This document shows positions 12,575 through 26,063 of a stretch of 64,000 nucleotides of DNA, in pieces. The stretch's first letter is position 1; each line of letters begins with the position of its first letter. The translations under genes and the position numbers were made by a program. The stretch lies in contig OZ024740.1 of NCBI GenBank assembly GCA_964016885.1, forward strand, positions 274,474,001 through 274,538,000. The letters are read 5' to 3'. The notes beneath the pieces were generated by a model that searched no databases, was not told where the DNA came from, and saw nothing but the letters and a program-made list of their open reading frames with translations. The DNA comes from Eledone cirrhosa (Eukaryota).

Positions 12575-12913
12575 ATCATCATCATCATCATTTTACGTCC
12601 GCTTTTCCCTGCTTGCAAGGGTGGGACGGGAACTGATTCTGGCTTGATTTCTACAGCTGGATGCCTTCCTAACACTAACCTCATTTACAGTGAGTGCTGG
12701 GTGCTTTTTTTGCCGTCGCACCTCCACGACCACTTTGCAGTGGAATGATAGGGACCCCAGTCCTATCATCTCATTTCTATAGCTGAGTAAACTGGAGCAA
12801 TATGAAATAAAGTGTCTTGCTCAAGGAAACAACACATCACCCGGTCTGAGATTTGAACTCACAACCTTTCGATTGCAAGCCCAATGCTCTAACCACTAAG
12901 CCATGTGCCTCCT
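12575..12913 (-). mobile_element. tRNA-derived SINE family A (CORE-like centre, RTE-derived tail, (ATG)n)
   Basis: Minus head GGAGGCACATGGCTTAGTGG (A box)...GAGTTCAAATC (B box), then CCTTGAGCAAGACACTT. Tail identical to LINE end 22829-22890. Confidence 0.9.
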
Positions 12914-13577
12914 ACAGTATATATATATATATACTGTAAACGTAGTTGGTGTTAGGAAGGGCATTCAGTCGTAGAAAACCTCCCAGATAGTCCTATACGA
13001 GTGAGACGACCAATCTTGCCTAAAGTGGGACAATTCCCGTCTAAACACATGCTAGCATGGAGGATAGATGTTAAACAATGATGATGATGATGATGTGTGT
13101 GTGTTTGTGTGTGTGTGCAAAAAGTAAAAGGTGTGTGAGTGTGTGTCTAGTAACATTCAGCTCCACGTTTATATAATAACTTAGAAACAATGCAGATATC
13201 CTCACCAAAACAATGCTTTTCTATTGGATAGTGATACTACCATAGAATAAATTGTCTTATCTAAATATGCTTTGAAATACCTACAGCAACATTCAACTGA
13301 AGATCTGCTAGCCAATGCAGTATTAAATCAACCAATTAATTTCTCCAAACACTTGCACACATGTGAAACACAGATGAAGATTGATATTTGAAGCTGGAGG
13401 ATGAAAAGCAAAGACAACCAGTTTGTTCAGTCAGAAACTAATGAAAAATTTCAATCAGAAATGAATTGATGCAGTCAGATTTTTCCATAATTGCAAAGAG
13501 TTCAAATTAATCATATTAACAATGTCAGATATTAATAATATTACTGTTGTGAAACAGCCTCTTATAGTTGTATCAAC

Positions 13578-13651
<74 letters not shown>

Positions 13652-13677
13652 TGTACACACACAAACACACACACCTA

Positions 13678-14080
13678 TCATCATCACTATCATCATCATC
13701 GTTTAACGTCCGTGTTCCAAGCTTGCATGGGTTTGGACGGGAGTTTTCCCACTTGAGGCAAGAGTGGTTGTCTTGCTCGCATAGGACTGTCTCGCGGGTT
13801 TTCTACAGTTGGATGCCCTTCCTAACACCAACCACATTTACAGTGTGGGGCTGGGAGGTTTTTACCGTGTTGCCTACACGGCCACATTACAGCGTGGACT
13901 GTCTGGCAGGTTTTCTACAGCTGGATGCCCTTCCTAACACCAACCACATTTACAGTGTGGGACTGGGACGTTTTTACCGTGTTGCCTACACGGTCACATT
14001 ACAGCGTGGACTGTGTGTTTTTTTTTTTCGTGACACCTACACGATCTCATTTGTTTCGGCCTGGATTTTGTGGCACCAAC
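13678..14080 (-). mobile_element. SINE/LINE 3' UTR-type repeat with internal tandem duplication, related to 53950-54415
   Basis: Two copies of the CTACAGCTGGATGCCCTTCCTAACACCAACC block and a (CAT)n end. Another partial copy at 12935-13095(+). Confidence 0.8.
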
Positions 14081-14096
14081 ATATATATATATATAT

Positions 14097-14300
14097 GAGT
14101 ACTGAGTTCAATTGGTGGTAACCACAGTAAGTAAAGTACTCAATACATGAATAGAAGGTAAACAACTAATTTAATATAGAAATGGCTTCTACAGTACGAG
14201 AACTGTTTCATTCAAAGGAAATCATCAAGAAAGCCTCATGATTTCTGTCAAATGAAACAGTTCTAGTCCTGTAGAAGACATTTCTATATTAAATTTGTTA
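14097..14300. mobile_element. Fold-back PLE mini-element with an HHR on the minus strand (14184-14235) and a decayed copy on plus
   Basis: Arms about 14168-14228/14236-14295. Minus: GGCTTTC-TTGATGA-TTTC-CTTT-GAAT-GAAA-CAGT-TCTCGT-ACTG-TA^GAAGCC. Confidence 0.75.
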
Positions 14301-14403
14301 TATATATATACAAATATAACATATTAAATATGTTTGAATTATGTGGTTCTCAATAAATTAGCCCAATAGACAATATCCAGAGCAATATTAAGTCAAAAGT
14401 AGA

Positions 14404-14471
<68 letters not shown>

Positions 14472-15011
14472 TCTAGTATGAGCTTGATATCTCTTGCCTA
14501 GGGTTTAACATCATCATCTTGGCTGTTGTCGTCATAGTTACACCATGCGTTTTTGCATATGGTTTTTAACATGGTGTGGTGTGGCAAACTTCTCTACAGA
14601 TATCTGCAAATATATTGCTCTATATACTACTTTTTTTGCTTCAATTTTTCCCATTAGAATGCTAAAGACTATACCTCTGACGAGTTTTCTGAGTCTGCTG
14701 TGGTTTAATCTTAATCGATCGGTTGTGATCGATATCCGTTCACATAGATTGATTTTAAATCGCAGTTTAAAGTTAAAGAAATGGAGCCCTAAGGTCTCTT
14801 TTGATCCATCTTGAGTACATGCTCTTCTCTGTAATATGTATTTGGTATATGTACAATATACTTTTTCTCTGGATATATGGTTCTTTCTCTCTCTCAATAT
14901 ATATACATATATCTTACACTTTTGACTATATATATATACTGTATATATATGTGTGTTTGTGCATGTATGTGTATGTATAAATATATATATGGTTCAAGAA
15001 TAAACATGGCA

Positions 15012-15102
15012 AATAATTGTTTCTTATATAGGCACAAGGCCAGCAATTACCCAGTATATTACTGGTACTTTATTTTATCGACCCCGTATGGATGAAAGGC
15101 AA
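15012..15102 (-). mobile_element. Meta-domain SINE family B, 3' fragment
   Basis: Matches 25492-25683. Confidence 0.8.
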
Positions 15103-15109
15103 AAAAAAC

Positions 15110-16990
15110 ACAAAGCCTTATTAGGTTCACACTTGGGTAGAAATAAATGAGGGTTTCAGTGTATCAGACATAAGTCCTTCTTCAGGAAATAGCAAAGTTT
15201 GAAGAGAGAGAGGGAGCTGGTTGGTACAGTGGATGTTAGAAGATTGTACAGAAGAAAGATTTAGGATGGCTGAGGAAAGTAGGTGAGAAGTTACACATGA
15301 GAGGGAGGGGGGCTGAGGGGGAGAATCCAGGTGTATCTTACATGTATGCAGATGGAGTGCAGCATAGAGTTACGGTCCCTTACAGTCTGAGTTCAAATCC
15401 CGCCGAGGTTAACTTTGCCTTTCCTCCTTACGGAGTCGATAAAATAAAGTACCAGTAATGCATTGGGATAATTGCTGGCCTTGTGCCAAAAGTGGAACCA
15501 ATTATTTCTGTGTATCATTGATGGAAGTGAGTATGTGTGTATATATGCTTCTGTGTGTCTATGTTTATGTATGACTGTATGTGTGTATATGTTTATGTAT
15601 GTGTGTGTCTGTGAATTTTTAATGTATTTTTATGTGCATGTGTTTGTGTGTTTGGGTGAGTTTATGCGGTTATTAGTCTGTATATGTGAGTGTTTTTATG
15701 CATGTGTGAGCATAAGTTTGTATGACTCTGTATCCTAGTGTGTTATAATCCAGACCTGGAATCAAAGCATGTGGGAAGGATGCTGTGTAGTGGTCCAAGT
15801 TGAGCTATTTGAGGAAGTGACCAGTAGAGTGATGGGTGGGCTGCTTGTGTGTAGTGCATTAAGAACAGAAGTGGTATAGGGTGAATGCAATAGGAACACT
15901 CGGAGGGTGAGATGTTGTGGTTGTGGTGATGGTGGTAGTGTGTGTGGGTGTATGAGTGTTGACAGTAAAGGAGTGTTTGTGAATGTTTGTTGGCTGTGTG
16001 GTATAGTTGGTTGTGTTAGTATGATTAGTTAGTTAATTAGTAGCATTAGTAAAATTAAATGTGTATATATGTTTATGGTCAAGTGGGTGTGTCTATGTAT
16101 GCATATGGGTGGGTGCTGGCGGTACTACATATGCGTTGGTGTACGAGTAATCTGTTAACAGAATTAATTAGTTAATTAGTAAATTCTCTGGTTATAGAAT
16201 TATCTATGGTCCTGTTGGTGTAACAAATTAATTAGTTGTGTTGGTATGTGTGTTTTTTATATCTGTGAATTAGTGTATCTATGTACACATGTGAGTCGGT
16301 TTTTGGTGAAGTGCTAGTGCACATATAATGGTTTGAGAGGGGATTGATTGTGGTTGCTGGGGAAGATCAAGCTAAGGAAGATGAGTGGGGCATTTAAAGT
16401 GTATCTGGTAAAGTCTGGAGAGAAAAAATAATGTATTGTTATTTCTTCATGTGAAAATCAGAGGGTCTGGGGCAAGCAATGTGACGAAAAACTGTGAGGT
16501 GGTGAGTGATGGGAGTGGAAGAGAGGGAGAATTGCTCTCTAGTGATTCAAAGTGGAGGGGTGGTAGGTAAGGAGGGATGGGAGTTGGTGGGGTGGGGGTG
16601 ATGGCATGGTCTAAGGGCAGTTGTGTGGTCAATTTCATGGGCATGTGTGAGGAGAACTTGGACCAAGGTGGTGGGTGACCTCACTTGGCTGAACATTCTA
16701 ACCATGTAAAGAGCCTGTGATTTCAAATCATGAATTCGACTGCACAGATGGCAAAGATGGAGGAATTGAGTGTAAGGGATGGAGAGTTTGGTATGAGTGG
16801 GGTGGGATGAGGTGAGGTTGAGGTAGGAGTGTGAGGTCAGTGGGTTTGAAGAAGGTAGAGGAGATGAGGCAAGGATGGAGCAGTCAATTGAGAGGGATAC
16901 ATCCAGGAAGTGGAGTAGAGGGCAGGGTGGAAAGAACAGAAAGAAAGACAGAAATAAGTCCGAGTTACTCCAAGGTGAGTTAGGTGGTAT
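15110..16990 (-). mobile_element. Old decayed Penelope/Neptune-type PLE with a decayed HHR at about 15153-15190 and a nested SINE B at 15350-15505(+)
   Basis: ORF 16547-17002 has HFLDVSLSI and SYLNLTSSHPTHTKLSIPYTQFLHLCHLCS (PLE thumb motif HPxHxKxSIPYSQ). Minus TTTC-CTGAAGA-AGGAC-TTAT-GTCT-GATA. Confidence 0.7.
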
Positions 16991-16994
16991 TGAT

Positions 16995-17415
16995 ACAACC
17001 ATTGTAGTTAGCAGTGGTAGCAGCTTCCGGAACTTTTTGTATCCATTCTCACTCTGAATACTATAATTTCATAACACCCACCTTGACTGCTATTTTGGTC
17101 ACCCATGTAATAGAAGCTATCAACTACTTCTAGAGAGGCCTCTGAGCATTTAGTTGAGCTTGTTTTCTCTAAGATTCTGCTGCTTATTACTCCTGTGAAT
17201 CAACCACATATAAAATCTTCATTCTTTGCTAGCCTGCTTGAGATCCCACTACATCTCTTTTCTACTCATAGTTTGCATTTGGGACAAAGGATGGAATTTC
17301 TCCCAACCCCTATCCTGTAGACAGAGCAAGACCATTTCCCTGGGGTAATCAGGGCCCTGTTTTCCTTTTTATTTGAACTTTAAGACTTTTTAATTCCAGG
17401 CTGTGTTTTGAGTTC
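16995..17415 (-). mobile_element. RTE LINE internal fragment covering the PHD-like Cys region
   Basis: Minus GKWSCSVYRIGVGRNSILCPKCKL*VEKRCSGIS, homologous to 44720-44870. Confidence 0.75.
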
Positions 17416-17711
17416 AGGAAAGTGAACAGAGAAAAATGAGAGCATCTGTTGAGTAAAATAGAGATATTCATCAATTAAATATGGAATTTGAAACTAAGTT
17501 CACATCTTGGATTGATTTAGTGAAATCATGAGGCTAACAAAATAATAATCATAACCAGTTAAAAGAAGCAAAGATTGTAAACTACAAGATGTTTGTCTGG
17601 AAGAAAGATTAAGATAGAACAAATTACATAAGTTGTGAGTGATGTTCTGTATTTGAATATGAAATATATATATATATATGGTCCACCTGGTTCCTTACCA
17701 CAATTTCTTTG

Positions 17712-17828
<117 letters not shown>

Positions 17829-18023
17829 AAAGTTAAACAGAAAGCAAACAACACAGTACAATGAAAAATATATTATTTTTAAACTTGATATACAAGGAAA
17901 AGTGCCTTAACATTTTAGATGTTAGTCCTTTATCAGAAAATAGAATGGGAAATTAAAGAAGAAATAGAAAGATACATGAGAGTGAGCCGAGGCAAAAACG
18001 GGAAAAAAAATGAGAAAAACAAG

Positions 18024-18094
<71 letters not shown>

Positions 18095-18097
<3 letters not shown>

Positions 18098-18230
18098 AGG
18101 AAGTGTGGTAAGGAACCAGGTGGACTATAACGCACCAGAGTACTCGATACTTTGGGTAGTAGAGTGGGTAATAGGAAATAGGAAAAGAATCAGGACCCCA
18201 CTGACTCTGGGGTCCTGACTATTTTCCTAT
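18095..18230. mobile_element. 136-bp fold-back mini-element of the 9805-12410 PLE terminus family
   Basis: Tail matches 9805-9895. Hairpin 18178-18200/18208-18230. A tail-tip fragment also lies at 17678-17713. Confidence 0.8.
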
Positions 18231-18249
18231 ATATATATATATATAATTG

Positions 18250-18550
18250 GTGTTGGATGCTTAAAGCGTCCGTATGCGGTAGGCCGTATGAGCACTCGAT
18301 CCTCTCATAGAGCAGAGTATGATATCACAGAAAAAAAGAGAATCAGTGTTGCGACAAATGGAATTTATTGGACATATTACAATCGTTTCTCTGGCAAATC
18401 TACTTCGTAGAATCAAGACGTATCTGAGGACCTTGCGATTTTCAGAGTCAAGTTCGATCATCACATCGATCGTGCCTTGAGCTGTTGCCAGAGAAACGAT
18501 TGTAATATGTCCAATAAATTCCATTCGTCGCATCACTGATTCTCTTTTTT

Positions 18551-18555
<5 letters not shown>
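18250..18555. mobile_element. Fold-back PLE mini-element (arms 18329-18397/18485-18553)
   Basis: Inverted arms visible, flanked by (TA)n. Related tail at 57015-57095. Confidence 0.8.
18417..18511 (+). ncRNA. Type I hammerhead ribozyme with long stem II
   Basis: GACGTAT-CTGAGGA-[CCTTGCGA..CAG..TCAAG..CGATC/GATCG..CTTGA..CTG-TTGCCAGA]-GAAA-CGATTG-TA^ATATGTC. Confidence 0.75.
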
Positions 18556-18619
<64 letters not shown>

Positions 18620-20789
18620 GAAAGTAAGAGAGAGAGAGAGAGAGAGAGAGACTAACGATGTGAGTGAATAGCTGCAAGAGAACATGGATGGTCATGACAG
18701 TTTATCTTAGTCAACTGACCTGAGGTCAAGAAAGGTTGTAGGCCAACGAAGAATCCTCTACATTGTTATTTTGCCTATTACAAATAGCAGGTAAATTTCC
18801 CTTAAATTTCATGGTGTGCTATCTAAATTTACATTGCATAATATAATAGTATAAGATACTTGATACCCGGAAAGAAAATATGACAAAACTGTGATGCTTG
18901 GAATTATTTCATCAAAGGTATATTTATTTAGCTTTGATCAGATTCTACACAAGGACAATAACAATGGACATTTAGTTGCCATTGAAAGTAACATTTTCTG
19001 ACCCTTTGGTTTTGTTTATTCAGACAATTATTTCTGTTGTGCTTTCTTTCAGTTGTGGTGCCTGTAGACTCCCTTATATATAAGTTGTTCAACAGTTATT
19101 AAACAACTTATTGGACTTAGCATAGTACACATGATATACACCAGCTTTGCAAACAGTAAAGTGGTAGTGAAAAATGCCCTCCTTCCTTGAGCTCTCAAGT
19201 CCTGAGGAAGTTGTTGGGGTGCCATCATTATATCTGGTGTGTCTTGGAGAGAATCAAACCCAGTACTAATCTAGTATTGTATTTAAAATCCATGCAAGGA
19301 TGGAATACAAATTGATCTCCACATAACTTGAATTTAGAATACACAGAACCATAATAAAAGCCACAAAGCATTTTATCCAACTCTTCAATGATTCTACTAG
19401 CTCACCATCGTATAGTGATGAGTTATAAACCCTTGTTTTTCCTCTTAGTTGATTGTCACATCTGCTGTAAATCTTCACACAATCTATTTGCTCATTAACT
19501 GACACCTAACCATTCATCTACTTCTACCACCATTCATCAATACAAAATCTATGCAGTCCATCCACACCTACCCCATCATGAATTCAGTCAAGGTTAATAT
19601 AACAATTACCCTCCAAAACCCCACCAAAAAATTAATCTTCAAAAATCTAGATAGTTCAGTAACTTCTATAATGCTATAACCATAACCACTAGACTAATAT
19701 TGCCATTCTTAAAGGGAATTGGCAAACTAGTCTATTGAAAGCACACAACACTATCTTTTATTATTGCTATTGCTTAATGATGATGACAACAACAATGATG
19801 ATGATGATTATGATGATGATGTCTAGAGATGTTAAAAATGATGAGTCTAATAATAATAATAATAAAGATAATAATAATGACAATGGTAATAATAATGATG
19901 GTGATGATGATGATGGATGTTGTGTAGTAATGAAACAACATCAGTCTGCAACTAATTTAATTTTGAGGGTCATGCAGGATATACAAAGGTTAATTTCTGA
20001 GGCTTTGGCCCCCACTAGAGTTATTACTGAAGTAATTTCGAAGTGTTATTTTTTCTTCTCCAAGACCACTCCTATAAATAGCATACATATTTTTTTTCCA
20101 CCTTTCTACTTCTTTAAATTTTTATGTCTTATTTTCATCATCATCATCATCATCATTATTATCATTATTATTGCTGCTGTTGTTGTTGCTGTTGTTGTTA
20201 TTATTATTGTTATTGATATTATTATTGTAATGTTAATGGCAAGAGTAGGGAAATAAAAATAAAGAAAACTTGTGAAATAATTGCAAGATTTTCTTCTCCT
20301 CCCCAAATTCCCTTCAATATTTTACCACTGTTTATTTAATGACAAATCAGACAAAACTAGAATTAGATTTTCAATTTATATATTTATTTATTTTTATTTG
20401 TTTTCGTATTTATGTTTCTTGATATAAGTAAACAGTATGATTCTTATTAACAACAATAAAATGCACAACATTAACAATAACATCAACAAGAATATATATG
20501 AACAAAAGTACCACCATTTCTTTTTTTTAAAGGAAACATTCTTGTCATTTAAAACCCTCCTGGACTCCATATGAACTTCTCTAGTGAACATAGGAGAGGC
20601 ATAGCAAATGAAGTAGAAATAAATCCAGATAGACAAACAGACAAACAGACAGACAGAGAAAAGGTGGAGATAGAGAGAAAGAGAACATGGGAAATGGCAT
20701 GAGGGGAAAGAGAGGATACTAAATATAGCAAAAATAAACATTTCAAATCTTATTGGTTCATCATTAATATATCATCTGTTTATCACAAG

Positions 20790-20950
20790 TGTACCTGGCT
20801 GAGTGGTTAAGAACAAGATTTCACAACCATCAAGTCCTTGGTTCTATCCCCTTACATCGCATTTTTGGCATGTATCTTTTACTATAGCTTTAGGATGACC
20901 CAAACTTTGGGATTAAAATTAGGTTGGCAGAAACTATGTGGAATCTGCTT
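20790..20950 (+). mobile_element. Old tRNA-derived SINE (related copy at about 31285-31430)
   Basis: TGGCTGAGTGGTTAAG A box and GGTTCTATCC B-box-like motif. Confidence 0.55.
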
Positions 20951-20989
20951 GAATGGATTTACCTGTAATTTAAAAATTTAGCATATACT

Positions 20990-21710
20990 TGGAGCTTTTT
21001 TGTGCCACATGCACTATCACTTTACAGGATGGACTGGATACTTTTTGTCATAGCAGCTTTATGATTACCTTACAGGTTAGACTGGGTGTTTTTTATGGCA
21101 CCAGTATGACCAACTGTATGATTTTTGTCATGACACCAGCACAAACACCTTACCAGTTGGCTTCTTGTCATGGCACCAGCACGACCACCTTACCGAGTGA
21201 ACTTGGTGCTTTTTGACATGGTACAACCAGTACAACCATCTTAGAGGACAAGCAGGGTATTTGTTTTGTCAGGGCATCAGCATAGAAAATAATATGCTCT
21301 ATAATATTTGCCAAGCACAACTCACTCTCAGTAAGGCCACCCCTTGACATATGCTTGCTCTCTCACAGTGCTGGTGCCATAAAAACTAGTATCCAGTCAA
21401 CCCTATATGATATGATTGTCGTGCTCATGCCACAACAAAAAAATACCCAGTCCACTCTGTAAAGTAGTCATACATGTGTCACCAGAATTAGCACCCAGCC
21501 CTTCATTTAGGTGGTAGTGCTGGTGCCATGAAAAAAGCTTCCAGTAATGTAACAGGCTTTAAGAAGTGCATTCTATCATAGAAAACTAAGCCAAAATCAA
21601 ATCATATCATCTTGACAAGCTCACTTTGGCTGACTGGCCTCATAACAGAATAACCTGTCTGACACATGCAAGCATGGAAAATAAATGTTAAACAGTAATG
21701 ATGATGATGT
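20990..21710. repeat. Degenerate tandem units of about 38-40 bp derived from SINE internal sequence, in two opposing blocks, ending in a SINE/LINE tail
   Basis: Repeated GTGCTTTTT..TCATGGCACCAG units to about 21290, then reverse-complement GTGCTGGTGCCAT units and an (ATG)n tail at about 21700. Confidence 0.6.
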
Positions 21711-22419
21711 TAATATATGAAATGAAAGTGTCCTATAATTCCTTAATGTATTTTACATCACCAATGAAGGACAGGGTAAACATAGCTTTATTTGTTTTGT
21801 TTACTTTGATCTTACATAATTGTCACATTCCTTCTCTTTATAACTGATTAGAGAAGATACATTTTGTCAATGCCTTTAATTGACTTATCCCCCTCTTCTT
21901 TCATCTCAGAGTGAGTAATGTTATGTGAAAGAGAAAGAATGAAAAAGTAAATAAAAGTTAGGTTAGGTTAAATAAAAGAGAAAGTGAGGAAGGGTAGGAT
22001 ATAAAACAAGTATGAATACTATTTCTCTTTCTCACAATATTTTCTGTTCAAACTATATACATCATCATCACTTTAATGTCTACTTTACCATGCTGGCATG
22101 GATTTGGACAGGATGGTTCGAGATAACGTTATACAGCTGGATATCCATCCTGAAGCTAACCCTTTCAGTCACTTCTTACATCATACAGGAATATGGTGTA
22201 CCTATTCTAAAAACCACGATCATCACAGTGTAAACATATTTTATTTATATTTCTAATTAAATTTTCATCTTTAAAATATTCAAACAATAATATTTCAAAT
22301 TTTTAGAAAGTAATAGAATATTATATGAAAGCCTTCATGGTTGAATACCCATAACTTTTCTTATTTTACTAAAAAAAATAAAAATAAAGCATCATGTCTA
22401 TTTGATATTGTATACTGTA

Positions 22420-22668
22420 TCATCATCATCCAGTGGCTTCAGCTGAAATCGACTCAACAATTGATCTCCCCGTGGGTCTGTCGTTCATTGCTGTTGCCAA
22501 ATCCTGGATTTCAATACCAGAATCTCTGGAGATGACATCGGGATAGGAGAACTTGTGGCCACTGTTATTAGTGACCACTTGTGGTTTCCAAAGCACTAAT
22601 GGGGACACAGCCTCATAGGAGGCATGATGGCAGTGGCAAGCAAATCTTACTCTCCTTTTACGTACAAC
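22420..22668 (-). mobile_element. RTE LINE 3' end
   Basis: ORF 22426-22731: RKRRVRFACHCHH...LVLWKP...YPDVISRDSG...AMNDR, then a (GAT)n tail. Confidence 0.8.
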
Positions 22669-22890
22669 AACAGATGTGCCAGGAAATAAATGTTGAAGGA
22701 AGACGTGGTAGAGGTAGACCACGAAAAACATGGGCGGAGGTGGTGAGAACAGACCTCAGATCATTGAAGCTCATGGTGGAGATGACGAGGGATCGTGACG
22801 AGTGGAGAGATGCTGTGCTGAATAAGACCCGTCCCACCCTTGCAAGCAGGGAAAAGCGGACGTAAAATGATGATGATGATGATGATGATG
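22668..22890 (+). mobile_element. RTE LINE 3' end, partner of SINE family A
   Basis: VEGRRGRGRPRKTWAEVVRTDL...RDRDEWR...RT* followed by (ATG)n. Confidence 0.88.
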
Positions 22891-24031
22891 AACAGATATG
22901 CATGGGAGATCGGCATATATTTCTTTCAAAGTCAGATATCACTAGCTTATGTTCTGGATGCGTACTACTGGCGTTTTGCTGCCCCATTTTTTTCTTTCTG
23001 TATTTCATTAATGATTTATATTTTAGATACAAGGCCAGCAAATTTGAGGGGAAAGGGTAAGTTTGATTAAATCAAGCCCAGTTGTTGATATGCACATTAT
23101 ATTACCAACCCAGACAGATGAAAGGAAAATTTAACCATGTGGAGATTTGAGCTCAGAATGTCAAGGACCAGAACAAATACAACAATTGAATTTTATCTGA
23201 TGCTCTACCAAAGCTGCTAATCTACCACATCTCTGTATTTCATTATTAGAATTGTATACTGTTATCATTTCATTGTTTATAGACAATTTCAAAAGATTTT
23301 AACACAAAAGTTATTAAACAAAATCTCTTTTACTAATGTTATGTAAGATGTTGTCAAATACATCAGATCTATTCTTTTTAGATAAAACTCTTGCCACATA
23401 TATTTATCTAAATTACTTAGTCCAAGAATAGTCTTTCTTGTGTGAAGGTCAATGACTGTATTTGTTGAAAAAAAATGTTGTTTGACCAATATAGTTTATT
23501 GGAAATACAGAATAGATTCCATTAATTACATTTATGTTAAAAAGTCAAATGATTCACTATTTTGTTCATGAGTCATTAAATTCAGCAGCAATACTGTAAA
23601 TAAAATAAAATAAAATAAAATCTTGAAAATATAGTTTAAATAATGAATTTGAAAAGTTTCATTAAAATCAGAAGCAACAATTCCAGGAATTAAATAAAAA
23701 AGAATAAAATTTGAGATTGCTAAAAGTCAATGGTGCCTAGAAGTTGTTTCCTCGTTATATAATATATCAAGTGATTGTTTCATTATATTTCATAAAAATT
23801 TATTTTCAATACATTTTAGAATTACCAATCCATTTGAAGTGCAATCTTCAATCAAAGGAGACAAACTTAATCTTAAACTAATGATATTTCCAATATGTGA
23901 GTATGACACGGTTCCTGACCTGTCTAGTCTCACACAATGAAAACCCATTTAACCCATGCAAGCATGGAAAGTAGGCATAAAAGGTTGATAATGATGTATG
24001 TACATATGTATACATACGTGTATATGACTAT

Positions 24032-24074
<43 letters not shown>

Positions 24075-24175
24075 GTGTAGGAGGTGAGTTTTATTGTAGA
24101 ACAATAAAACTATGCATATATCAGATAAGTAGCACTCAACAGTTGATAGAACGGGAGTATATATTGATAGAACTT

Positions 24176-24521
<346 letters not shown>

Positions 24522-25491
24522 TGGGAGTGAAGAGACAGGGAGAGAGGGTGAGAGGGAGAGAGAGAGAGAGAGTGAAATACATACATATATGCATCTTACA
24601 CATACTGTGCATATGTGTGTGTATATAGCGGTATATTGAAGTATTGAAGTACTGAAATATATCAGTTTATATGTATGTTTACACATATTTGTATGTATGT
24701 GTACACACCATCCCCCAGAATATATATCCATGAAACACTCCCTCAAACTTACATAGCCACGAGGTAAGACTAGACTTAAATCAAAATGCCAAGGAGAATG
24801 AATTGTAGAATTTACCAAAAAAAGAAAAGTTTCTATTTTCTTGTTTGCATTTTTTAAAATGTTTCTCTCCTATTTCTTATTTATTGTTACTTTATTTTTG
24901 TGTCTTTCTTCACATTTTGTGGATATTATTGTTTATGTTGTTAATGTTGTTGTTGCACTTTATACTCTTACATCATTTCCCTGTTAAGAAGCTGAAGTAT
25001 CCTCCAGCAATATATATATACCAAACCTTACCACACCACTACACATATATCCCCAAACACCACTAACCCCTTCCAACATAAAACTACCACTGCATATCAT
25101 AACTTCCCCCACTATCATCAATGTCACCCAAATCCACACTGAAATATCACCACACCCTATCACCAACTTACACCATTATTGCACATAACATCATAGCTCC
25201 TACTACCAAACTACAACCACCAATACATTCATCATCCCTAAATTCACTTTCAAACAATCTAGAACAACAACTACAAGTACCATTCTTCTAAACCACTGCT
25301 ACCCATTTATCATCCATACCTACAAAATCACTTCAATACTATATCCTCACAACACTTTCTCATACTGTCACACTCACAATTAATACACCAGTTCCATTAT
25401 TGCTCTCCAAGAACAATTCCATAATACCAGTATAAGACTACCTCCATTACACTATTATAAGACTACTTTCATCACATCACTACAACACTAA

Positions 25492-25683
25492 ATAATTGTT
25501 TCTACTTTAGGCACAAGGCCAGCAATTACCCAGTGCATTACTGGTACTTTATTTTATCGACCCCGTAAGGATGAAAGGCAAAGTTAACCTCGGCGGGATT
25601 TGAACTCAGAATGTAAAGGGACGTAACTATGCTAGAAAGCATGGCGTCCGACCCTCTACTGATACTGCCAATTCACTGCCTTC
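25492..25683 (-). mobile_element. tRNA-derived Meta-domain SINE family B, full length. Other copies at 26988-27108(-), 30049-30230(-), 45174-45277(-), 51030-51218(+) and 51286-51471(-); decayed at 23025-23230 and 62150-62220
   Basis: Minus: TGGCAGTATCAG A box, GAGTTCAAATCC B box, and central GCCTTTCATCCTTACGGGGTCGATAAAATAAAGTACCAG resembling the MetaSINE domain. Confidence 0.85.
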
Positions 25684-25845
25684 ACTACAACACTAAATAA
25701 TGAGTCCTTGAAATGCTGAGAATATAGAATTATTGTAAAGGATGATGTTCTCATACACAGACATGCTATAAAATAGCTTATAGAATAATATGAAAACCCT
25801 TAAAAGATGGAAAAATAGTTGCCATTTCCTTCTATGAGGAATTAA

Positions 25846-26063
25846 CCTTTTAGCAGTTAAACCGGCCATATCTAGCCAAAATTCTCTCACCTCTTTCTGT
25901 TCAAACCGACCATAACTGGCTGCTCATACTTATGTTAAGGTATTGTTCTCAAAATAAAAAATCAAAATCTCATAGATTTGATATTATCTGAGATAATTAT
26001 GTGAGATAAAGCCTTTACCATGAAAATACAATAGTAAATATGAGTAATGTAAATACTAAATGG
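25846..26063. mobile_element. piggyBac-type MITE
   Basis: TTAA at 25842 and 26064 flanking decayed CCYTTTAGCA TIRs. Homologous to 31498-31911. Confidence 0.75.

Noticed and set aside
12840-12913. tRNA gene-like sequences (also 53057, 57140, 58750, 62670, 51030)
   Set aside because: They are SINE heads. A and B boxes run into conserved SINE bodies and there is no proper acceptor stem.
14500-14897. 119-aa minus-strand ORF as a host exon
   Set aside because: No recognisable domain. It ends near a GATGATGAT run like LINE tails and is probably a decayed LINE end, but I cannot support a call.
20990-21560. CRISPR-like periodic repeats
   Set aside because: Degenerate tandem SINE-derived units without unique spacers, in a eukaryotic context with no cas genes.
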